Source: an uncultured Actinomycetes bacterium (lineage in GTDB: Bacteria; Actinomycetota; Thermoleophilia; UBA2241). From it: a DNA stretch of 32,000 nucleotides. The position numbers and the translations under genes were made by a program. Each line of letters opens with the position of its first letter. The stretch's first letter is position 1. The notes under the pieces were generated by a model. It ran no database searches. It saw only the letters and a program-made list of their open reading frames with translations, and was not told the DNA's origin. The stretch covers positions 63,611-95,610 of the forward strand of contig CAVYCN010000019.1 in assembly GCA_963767005.1 (NCBI GenBank), given 5' to 3'. Positions 18,650-26,661 of the stretch are shown here, piece after piece.

Positions 18650-20168
18650 TGTCCGCCTGGTGCAGGACGGCGGCGAAGCGTCCGTTCGCGACGGCCCGGG
18701 CCACGGCCTCGATCTCAGGCGCCAGGTAGCGGTCCTCGTCGAGGCGTGCCGCCATGCCCCGCACGATCTCGTGAGCCGCACCGGTGCCGGTGCCGGGCGC
18801 GAGCGGCGCGAGCAGGTCGATCGCCTGGGCCGCGCACAGCGCCTCGATCGCCAGGATCGAGCACACGTTGCGGGCCACCTGGAGGAGCTTGACGGCCGCC
18901 GTCATGCCCATCGAGACGTGGTCTTCCTGATCGCCCGACGAGGGGATCGAGTCGACGCTCGCCGGGTGGCAGAGGACCTTGTCCTCGGCGACCAGGGCGG
19001 CCGCCGTGTACTGGGCGATCATGTAGCCGTTGTTCAGGCCGCTGTCGGGGGTGAGAAACGGTGGCAGCTCCGACAGCGACGCCGTGAGCATCCGAAACGT
19101 GCGGCGCTCGCTGATGCTGCCGATCTCGGCGAGGCTCATGGCGGCGAGGTCGAGCGCGAGGGCGAGCGGCTCGCCGTGGAAGTTGCCGGCCGAGATCACG
19201 TCGCCCGAGTCGGGGAAGATCAGGGGGTTGTCGGTGACCGACTCGATCTCGACCTCCGCGACCTCGCGCAGCCAGCGCAGGGCGTCGCGGCAGGCGCCGT
19301 GCACCTGGGGGATGCAGCGGATCGAGTAGGCGTCCTGGACCTTGTCGCAGTTCAGGTGGCTCAGGATGATCTCGCTGCCGGCGGTCACGGCGCGCACGTG
19401 CTCAGCGGTGAGGAGCTGGCCTGGGATCGGCCGCAGGAGCTGGATGCGCTCCTCGAACGGTCCTACCGAGCCGCGCAGGCCCTCGAGGCTCATCGCGCCG
19501 ATCACGTCGGCCGAGTCGAGCAGGGCCTCGCCGTCGGTCACGGCGAGGCAGGCGATGGCGGCCATGAACTGGGTGCCGTTCAACAGCGACAGGCCCTCCT
19601 TGGCCTCGAGCGCGACCGGCGCGAGACCGGCGGCGGCCAGCGCCGGTCCCGCCGGCGCGCGCTCGCCGGCCGCGGTCAGGAGCTCGCCCTCGCCGAGCAT
19701 GGCGAGCACGAGGTGGGCCGACGGCGCGAGGTCGCCCGAGGCGCCGAGCGAGCCGCGCGAGGGCACCCAGGGCACGAGGTCCCCGTTCAGCATGGCGCAG
19801 AGCGCCTCGAGCACGCCGGCACGCACGCCCGAGTAGCCCTTGGCGATCGTGCTGGTGCGCAGCAGCATGGCCGCGCGCACGACGTCGCGGGGCAGCGGTT
19901 CGCCCACGCCGACCGCGTGGCTGCGCACGAGGTTGAGCTGCAGGCGGCGCACCTGGTCGACCGGGATGCGAGTGGTGGCGAGCTGGCCGAAGCCCGTCGT
20001 CACGCCGTAGACGACGCGGTCCTCGGCGATGATGCGCTCGACGACGGCGCGGGCCTCTTCGAGGCGGCGCCGGGCGACGTCGCCGAGCACGACCCTGCGA
20101 CCGCGGCGGGCGACGTCGGCGATGTCGGCGATCGTCAGGGGACGGTCGCCGAGGATGAGGTCGTTCAT
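18636..20168 (-). CDS. hutH: Histidine ammonia-lyase
   Basis: YGVTTGFGQLATTRI, MIO-forming GSLGASGDLAPSAHLVLAM, DSIPSSGDQEDHVSMG. Confidence 0.92.
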   Translation of the reverse strand: MNDLILGDRPLTIADIADVARRGRRVVLGDVARRRLEEARAVVERIIAEDRVVYGVTTGFGQLATTRIPVDQVRRLQLNLVRSHAVGVGEPLPRDVVRAAMLLRTSTIAKGYSGVRAGVLEALCAMLNGDLVPWVPSRGSLGASGDLAPSAHLVLAMLGEGELLTAAGERAPAGPALAAAGLAPVALEAKEGLSLLNGTQFMAAIACLAVTDGEALLDSADVIGAMSLEGLRGSVGPFEERIQLLRPIPGQLLTAEHVRAVTAGSEIILSHLNCDKVQDAYSIRCIPQVHGACRDALRWLREVAEVEIESVTDNPLIFPDSGDVISAGNFHGEPLALALDLAAMSLAEIGSISERRTFRMLTASLSELPPFLTPDSGLNNGYMIAQYTAAALVAEDKVLCHPASVDSIPSSGDQEDHVSMGMTAAVKLLQVARNVCSILAIEALCAAQAIDLLAPLAPGTGTGAAHEIVRGMAARLDEDRYLAPEIEAVARAVANGRFAAVLHQADIAPA

Positions 20169-20253
20169 GGGGACATCCCCCTGTCCACGCTGTTGAGTCC
20201 GTCGCTTCAGCTTAGCTCAGGCGCGCCGCCACCGGCACCATGCAGGAGGCGGC

Positions 20254-21215
20254 TCAGCTCGCGGCGACCGGCACCATGAGGGGGATGACGACGGCCGCGC
20301 CGGCCCGGACGATCACTGCCTCGACCCGCCACACGCCGGGCAGCGAGAGCTGCAGGCCGCGCCCCGTCCAGGCGCCTGAGCCGGCCGGGCCCCGCCGCAG
20401 CGCGAGCGAGGCGCCCAGGCCCACGTGGCTGGGCAGCGTGAGCTCGGGGGTGACCGACCGGGCCGCGGCCGGCGTCGTGGAGCCGTAGCGGTCGGTCACG
20501 AGCATGAAGCTGTCCTCGCCGGCGACCGTCGGTGAGACCGTGAGGTGGACCGTGACGGTGGGCGGCACGTCGCTCGCGGAGCGCACGACGGCGTGGCGCG
20601 CGGGCGCGGCGAGCGTCGCCGGGCCGGCCGGCGCGAGGCCGGCCAGCACGGCGCTCGCCGCGAGGACCGCCGCGGCCACCGCGAGCTCGGCCCGCGCCGT
20701 GCGGCCGAAGCCGGCGCCCGCGCCGGGGTCGCGCGCCAGCGCCGGGACGAGGCGGAACCGGTTGCGGACGCCGAGCGCCACGAGCACGACGACAGGGCCC
20801 ACCTTGACGAGCAGGGTGACGCCGAAGCTCGTGTGCAGCAGCGCGCACGCCCCGGCCGGCGCCCGCGTGGCCGGCACGAGCAGCGACAGTGCAGCGCCGC
20901 CGAGCAGCGACAGGGGCCGGCCGAGATCGACCACGAGCTCGGCCGGCGTGCCCGGCACGGCGCGAGCCGGCGAGGCTCCCGGCACGGGGCGGCCGGCGGC
21001 GTCGAGGAGTCCGGCCGACGAGAGCCGCGGGTCGGGCGGTTCGCTGAAACGCAGCACGATGCGCTGCGGGGACTGGGCGAGCACGGCGCCGGCGGCGGGA
21101 TCGCAGCCGATCAGCAGGGCGTGCGCCGCAGCCGGCGGCGCGAGCGCCCACAGCCAGAGACAGATCAGCCCCGCGGCGACCAGGGCGGCGCGCGCGGGGC
21201 AACCTGCGATGCGGC
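20254..21215 (-). CDS. CopC N-terminal region fused to CopD-like C-terminal membrane region (approximate 5' end; no ATG/GTG/TTG upstream of the internal GTG at 21084)
   Basis: Signal-peptide-like segment then AHALLIGCDPAAGAVLAQSPQRIVLRFSEPPDPRLSSAGLLDAAGRPV (CopC), then LLHTSFGVTLLVKVGPVVVLVALGVRNRFRLVPAL (CopD-like). Confidence 0.65.
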
Positions 21216-21284
21216 GGCTCGCCTCGTGCGCCGGGCCCCCGACGGGCCCGGCCCGGCAGCGAGCCGCCGGGTGCTAGCGGACGG

Positions 21285-21584
21285 TCACCGCCTGCGGCCG
21301 CGGCCTCCGCCCTCGCGCAGCTCGCGCCCGATCGTGGCGTACGGCAGGAGCGCCATCTCTCGCGCGCGCTTGACTGCGACGGCGACCTGGCGCTGGTGGC
21401 GGCGGCACGTTCCGGTCACGCGCCGCGACTTGATCTTGCCGCGCTCACTGACGCAGCGCCGCAGCGCGTCGAGGTCCTTGTAGTCGACCAGGACGACCTT
21501 GTCCTTGCAGAAGTGACAGTAGCGACGTCGGGCGGGGTCGACGGGGCGGCCTCGCTTGCGCGGTTTGGCTTTCGAGCTCGGCAC
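21285..21584 (-). CDS. rpsR: 30S ribosomal protein S18
   Basis: [62 protein letters not shown]; GTG start. Confidence 0.95.
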   Translation of the reverse strand: MPSSKAKPRKRGRPVDPARRRYCHFCKDKVVLVDYKDLDALRRCVSERGKIKSRRVTGTCRRHQRQVAVAVKRAREMALLPYATIGRELREGGGRGRRR

Positions 21585-21946
21585 GTTTCAGTTCCCTTCG
21601 TAGGTCGGCGTTTGCTGACGTTCCTGGGTCAGGCACACCTCGCGAAGCGCACACACCGCCCGCCGCCGCGACCGCGGGCCGGACGGCGCGCAGCGGCGCT
21701 TCGCTTCCGCGCGCACGAGTTGATAGACTACGCCGCCTTCGTGCCCAAACACAACTCGCTCCACACCACCCGGCTTGCCGCACAGCCGCCCAGACGTCCT
21801 CGCGCCCAGCCGGCGACGACAGGCCCAGAGCCGCAGCGAGGGCGACCACAAGCTAGCGGTAGTTCCGACGCCGTCGATCACCCCTTCCTTGCGGTCGCCG
21901 GGCGGCAGCCGCCCGCCGCGCGGCTCCATGCCCGCCGCGGCGACCG

Positions 21947-22013
21947 TCTCCGACGTTTGTCGCCGCGACCGGCTGCGACGCGTGCGGCGGCGGCTATCTC
22001 CGACGTTTGTCGC
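21947..22013. repeat. Direct repeat TCTCCGACGTTTGTCGC, 50-bp spacing
   Basis: Identical 17-mers at 21947-21963 and 21997-22013, each holding the inverted repeat CGAC-GTTT-GTCG. Confidence 0.85.
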
Positions 22014-22134
22014 GACGGCCCTCTGGTGACAAGTTGCCACGATGAGGTCAGACCCCACACCGGCGCGGCCGTCTCCCACCGCCGCGGCGTCGCGACCCTC
22101 GGGCGGCACTCCGGCGCGCGACGACCGGCAGGCC

Positions 22135-22995
22135 ATGCACGACGAGGCGCGGGCCGTGATCGACGCGGCCCGCGCCGAGGGCATGACGATGCGACTGCTC
22201 GGCGGCCTCGGCGTGCGCGAGCACTGCCGCGACCTCGAGCTCTGCGCGCGCGACTACTCCGACATCGACATGGTCGCGCGGGCGTCCGAGTCGCGGCGGC
22301 TGCCCACCGTGTTCGCCCGCTTCGGCTACCACGAGGACTACGGCGTCGCCGGCGCGACCGGCAACGGCCAGCTACGGTTCGTGCGGCCCTGCCGCCACGG
22401 CGCCGCGCAGCGGCCCGCTCCGCACGACGACGACCACGTCGACGTCTTCCTCGACACGTTTCGCATGGACCACGTGCTCGCCCTCGGCGACCGCCTGCAC
22501 ATCGACCGGTACACCCTGGCGCCTTCCGACCTGCTGCTCACCAAGCTGCAGATCTTCAGGCTGACCGGCAAGGACGCGCGCGACGTCGTGACGCTGCTCG
22601 ACGCGCTCGAGGTGCACGGCCCGGCGGGACCGCCGGCGACCGCCACGACCGTGCGCGAGCCGGCGCCTGCGGCCGCCGCGACTGTACGTGGGCCGGCGGC
22701 GACGGCCGCCTCCGGCGCCGGCCGCGACGCGCGCCAGACGATCGACGCCGCCGCCATCGCCCGGCGCTGCGCCGCGGACTGGGGCCTCTTCCACGACGTC
22801 ACGACCAACCTGCAGCGGGTCGGCGAGCTGCTGCCGGGGTTCGCGCTCGACGACGCCGGCGCGGCGCGCGTGCGGCGCGGCCTCGCGCGTCTGGTCGGCG
22901 CCCTCGACGATGTGCCCAAGAGCCGGCGCTTCAGGTTGCGCGCCAGGATCGGCACCCGGGCGCCCTGGCACAGCGAGGTCGACGAGCAGGACTGA
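22135..22995 (+). CDS. Nucleotidyltransferase-fold protein (AbiEii/MNT-like)
   Basis: LLGGLGVREHCRDLELCARDYSDIDMV (GG...DxD), HVDVFLDTF third acidic residue, APSDLLLTKLQIFRLTGKDARDVVTLL; alternative start at 22042. Confidence 0.6.
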   Translation: MHDEARAVIDAARAEGMTMRLLGGLGVREHCRDLELCARDYSDIDMVARASESRRLPTVFARFGYHEDYGVAGATGNGQLRFVRPCRHGAAQRPAPHDDDHVDVFLDTFRMDHVLALGDRLHIDRYTLAPSDLLLTKLQIFRLTGKDARDVVTLLDALEVHGPAGPPATATTVREPAPAAAATVRGPAATAASGAGRDARQTIDAAAIARRCAADWGLFHDVTTNLQRVGELLPGFALDDAGAARVRRGLARLVGALDDVPKSRRFRLRARIGTRAPWHSEVDEQD

Positions 22996-23039
22996 CGGGC
23001 ACGACCGACGGTCCGCTCCGGCCGCGACGACGGGCGGCG

Positions 23040-23495
23040 TCAGTGAGCGGCCGGAGCCGGCAGCTCGACGACCTGCCGGTAGCGACGCTCCACGAGAAAG
23101 CGGCGGACGCGCTGCTCCAGGTAGTCGCGCGCCGTCCGGAACGCGGTGAGGTCGTCGTCGTCGCTCGCCTGGGCGACTGGGTCGTCGACCGGCCAGTACT
23201 CGCGCGTGCCCACCCCGGGGAACATGGGGCAGGCCTTCTCGTCGCGGTCGCACACGGTGATCAGAAAGTCGAAGCGCGCCTTGCCCATGAACTCGTCGAG
23301 GCCCTTGGAGCGCTGGTCGGCGATGTCGACCCCGCGCTCGGCCATGACGGCCACCGCGCGCGGGTCCACACCATCGGCGGTCGAGCCGGCGCTCGAGGCC
23401 TCGAAGGCGTCGGGAGCGAGCACCCGCAGGAAGCCTACGGCCATCTGGCTGCGCACGCTGTCGGCGCTCGACAGAAAGAGGACGCTCTTCGCCAC
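23040..23495 (-). CDS. ArsC (thioredoxin-coupled/LMW-PTP-fold)-like protein with substituted catalytic P-loop
   Basis: VLFLSSADSVRSQMAVGFLR where family members have VLFLCTxNSxRSQMAEG; keeps LITVCDRDEKACPMFPG and WPVDDP; GTG start proposed at 23495. Confidence 0.85.
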   Translation of the reverse strand: MAKSVLFLSSADSVRSQMAVGFLRVLAPDAFEASSAGSTADGVDPRAVAVMAERGVDIADQRSKGLDEFMGKARFDFLITVCDRDEKACPMFPGVGTREYWPVDDPVAQASDDDDLTAFRTARDYLEQRVRRFLVERRYRQVVELPAPAAH

Positions 23496-23582
23496 TGTCG
23501 CCTCCGTTGGACGAACGGTTTGTCTGTGATGGATAGTACCCAACACCAAACGGCCCGGGCGGCGACAGCGCCGGACGGGCCG

Positions 23583-24482
23583 TCAGCCGGACCGACCCTC
23601 GGTCCAGACGAAGGTGCCGTCGCGCAAGTCCGTCAGCGCCTGCTCGAGCTCGGCCCGCGTGTTCATGACGAACGGGCCGTAGCGGGCGATCGGTTCGCCG
23701 AGCGGCGCCCCCGAGATGAGCAGCAGCCGACCGCCCTGCACACCGGAGCGCATCGTCGCCTCGTCGCCGTCGCCCAGCACGGCGAGCGCCGGCGCCGACA
23801 CCAGGCCGGAGGCGTCGTCGGGCTCCCGCTCGCCGTCGCCGATCTCGGGTCCGAGCGCAACGCTCCCGCGGTAGACGTAAGCGAACGCGGCGTGACCACG
23901 CGGCACGGCCTGGGTGAACATGCTACGCGCCGGCAGCTCGACGTCGAGGTATCCCGGCTGGGCGTAGATCGCCGTCACCGGACCGCGCACCCCGTCGACC
24001 TCCCCGGCGACGACCCGGACGCGTACGCCGCCCGACCGCTCGACCACCGCGATCGCGGCCGCCGCGACGTCTTGGTAGCGCGGTCGCGACATCTTGAGCG
24101 CGGCCGGCATGTTGACCCAGAGCTGGAAGCCGGCCATGCGGCCGTCACGCGGGCGCGGCATCTCCTCGTGCATGATGCCGCCGCCGGCCGTCATCCACTG
24201 GGCGTCGCCGGGACCGATCGTGCCGGCGTTGCCGAGCGTGTCCTTGTGGTCGACCTCGCCAGCCAGCATGTAGGTCACGGTCTCGATGCCGCGGTGCGGG
24301 TGGAGCGGAAAGCCAGCCAGATAGTCGGCGGGGTCGTCCGACTCGAAGTGGTCGAGCAGCAGGAAGGGGTCGTGATAGTCGAGCGAGAGGCCGCCGATCG
24401 TGCGCAGCAGCCGCACGCCGGCGCCTTCGATCACCGGACGCGGGCGCACCACCCGCGCGACCTGCCTCACAAGCACCGCCAT
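23583..24482 (-). CDS. Pirin family protein
   Basis: DYHDPFLLLDHFESDDPADYLAGFPLHPHRGIETVTYMLAGEVDHKDTLGNAGTIGPGDAQWMTAGGGIMHEEMP. Confidence 0.93.
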   Translation of the reverse strand: MAVLVRQVARVVRPRPVIEGAGVRLLRTIGGLSLDYHDPFLLLDHFESDDPADYLAGFPLHPHRGIETVTYMLAGEVDHKDTLGNAGTIGPGDAQWMTAGGGIMHEEMPRPRDGRMAGFQLWVNMPAALKMSRPRYQDVAAAAIAVVERSGGVRVRVVAGEVDGVRGPVTAIYAQPGYLDVELPARSMFTQAVPRGHAAFAYVYRGSVALGPEIGDGEREPDDASGLVSAPALAVLGDGDEATMRSGVQGGRLLLISGAPLGEPIARYGPFVMNTRAELEQALTDLRDGTFVWTEGRSG

Positions 24483-24844
24483 GGCCCCTCCTTCGCACGC
24501 GTCGCCACCTGATGCCCGGCGAGCCACGGTGGGAAACGAGCGGCCGTCCCGGGACCCGCTCGGCGCCCGGGCCTGGCTCAGCCGCCGCGCGCCGCCGGCC
24601 GGCAGTCGCGCCAAGTCGGTCCGCCCCGACCGTCATCGTCGAGCAGCGTCGGGGCGACCTCGCCGGCTCGCGCGACCGCGAGGGCCTTGACTTCGGGCAC
24701 GCCGCGCCCGACACTTGGCCGGCCTCTCCGCGGGTCAAGTCGGTCGACCGGCGCTCCGATACCGCACAGCAACCACGCCTGCGCCGCCGCCCCGCGAGTG
24801 GCGCGAGGCCGCAGGGGACACGGGGTGCTCGAGGTGCAGGGAGC

Positions 24845-26521
24845 ATGAAGGACGGCCAGACCATCATCGCCGAGATCGGGGCCACGATCGCTTCGACTCT
24901 CGAGGTGGGCGACGTCATGGCCAGGATCGCCCGTCAGGTCGGTCAGGCGTTCGACGTCTACTCGTGCGACATCCACCGCTACGACGCCGAGAACGACCTG
25001 CTCACCTACCTCGCCTTCTGGGACCGCGAGCTCGAGCGCGGCGACGGACCCTGGGTCTGCGAGGCGCACCACCAGGTGAGCGAGCAGGTGACCGGCGAAC
25101 CGTTCCACCCCGACCTGCGACCGAGCTTCCTGCCCACCGTGCGCGAGGGCAAGATCGTCGAGGTCCACCGCGACGACCCCGGCCTGCCCGCGGCCGAGGC
25201 CCGCGAGATGGACCGCTGGAGCGAGAAGTCCACGCTGGACGCGCCGCTCGAGTTCGACGGCAGGATCATCGGCGTGCTCGGCCTCGTCGAGACCGCCTCG
25301 TGCCGACGCTTCACGCCCGACGAGATCGAGCTCTTCGCCCAGGTCGCCGTGCTCGCGGCCATCGCCATCCGCAACGCCGATCTGTTCACCGAGCTCGAGC
25401 AGCAGAACCGCTCGCTGCACTCGCTGCTCAAGGCGAGCCGGGCGCTCACCTCGACGGTCGGGCTCGACGAGACCCTGACCGTCATGGCCCGCTCGGCCGC
25501 GGAGGCCCTGAACGTGCCGGGCAGCGCCATCTACGAGTACCTCACCGACGAGCGTGCCCTGGTGCCGCGCACCTCGTTCGGCGCGGCCGAGATCGAGCAG
25601 GCCAACGTGCCCATCCCGATCGAGCGCCACTCGGGCGACCGCCTGGCGCTCGAGCAGCGCGAGATCGTGCTCGAGCGGGTGACCGACGAGTCGGTGCCGG
25701 CGCACGTGCGGCAGGCCATGCGCGCCGCCGGCGAGCTGACCCACCTGCACGTGCCCCTGGTCTACGGCGATCACCTGCTCGGCACGATGCTGCTCGTCGA
25801 GCGCTCCGGGCAGCGCGAGTTCACCTCGTATGAGCTCGAGATGGCTCGCGGCCTCGGCGAGCATGCCGCCGCCGCCCTGCACGCCGGACGCGCCTACCAG
25901 GCCATGCAGGTCCAGGCCCTGACCGACGGTCTGACCGGGCTGTTCAACTACCGCCACCTGAACGACCGCTTGCGCGAGGAGACGGCGCGCTTTCGCCGCT
26001 ACCGCACGCCGCTCTCGCTGCTCATGTGCGACGTCGACGACTTCAAGCAGTTCAACGACACATACGGCCACCAGGCCGGCGACGCCGCCCTCGTCGCGGT
26101 CGCGCACGTCCTGAGCGACACGCTGCGCGCCGACATCGATGTCGTGTGCCGCTACGGCGGCGACGAGTTCGCCGCCCTGCTGCCCAACACGCCGCTCGAC
26201 CACCAGACCGGCGGCGACGGCGCGCCCACGGGCCGCGAGAACGTGCGCTCCGAGGGCGCCATGGCGACGGCCGAGCGCCTGCGGGCGGCCGTCGAGGAAC
26301 GCGCCCGCGACCTCGTCACGCCGCCGCTCGCGCGGGCCATCACGATCAGCGTGGGTGTTTCGTGCATCGCCGCCGAACCGCACACCCCCGAGGAGCTCGT
26401 GGCCGCCGCCGACCGCGCGCTCTACCAGGCCAAGCGGCGCGGCCAGGACCGCGTCGAAGCCTGCACGCCCGAGCACGAGCGTACGGCGCCCGCCGCGCCG
26501 GTGTCCGTCCCGGGCGCCTGA
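24845..26521 (+). CDS. GAF-GAF-GGDEF diguanylate cyclase
   Basis: Two GAF-like segments; QALTDGLTGLFNYRHL...CDVDDFKQFNDTYGHQAGDAAL...CRYGGDEFAALLPN. Confidence 0.9.
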   Translation: MKDGQTIIAEIGATIASTLEVGDVMARIARQVGQAFDVYSCDIHRYDAENDLLTYLAFWDRELERGDGPWVCEAHHQVSEQVTGEPFHPDLRPSFLPTVREGKIVEVHRDDPGLPAAEAREMDRWSEKSTLDAPLEFDGRIIGVLGLVETASCRRFTPDEIELFAQVAVLAAIAIRNADLFTELEQQNRSLHSLLKASRALTSTVGLDETLTVMARSAAEALNVPGSAIYEYLTDERALVPRTSFGAAEIEQANVPIPIERHSGDRLALEQREIVLERVTDESVPAHVRQAMRAAGELTHLHVPLVYGDHLLGTMLLVERSGQREFTSYELEMARGLGEHAAAALHAGRAYQAMQVQALTDGLTGLFNYRHLNDRLREETARFRRYRTPLSLLMCDVDDFKQFNDTYGHQAGDAALVAVAHVLSDTLRADIDVVCRYGGDEFAALLPNTPLDHQTGGDGAPTGRENVRSEGAMATAERLRAAVEERARDLVTPPLARAITISVGVSCIAAEPHTPEELVAAADRALYQAKRRGQDRVEACTPEHERTAPAAPVSVPGA

Positions 26522-26661
26522 GCCCCCAGCGCGACGCGCGGGGCGTCTCCAAGACTGACGAAGGGTTCCGTACCATCCTCTCCTTGACGACCGCGCCGCG
26601 GCTTGGTACAAGCCGGGCAAGCTCGCAAACGTCGAGATCGCACGTCGCTCAGGGGGGAACC

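Noticed and set aside
21396-24512. 1038-aa + strand ORF spanning rpsR antisense and the nucleotidyltransferase/arsC/pirin region
   Set aside because: Low-complexity Arg/Ala/Pro composition, antisense or out of frame to recognisable genes; typical of high-GC spurious ORFs.
26522-26661. Possible c-di-GMP riboswitch between the cyclase gene and the propeller gene
   Set aside because: Context is tempting and ACAAGCCGGGCAAGC looks superficially similar, but I cannot build the GEMM core or its tandem helices. A covariance search (Infernal, RF01051/RF01786) would settle it.
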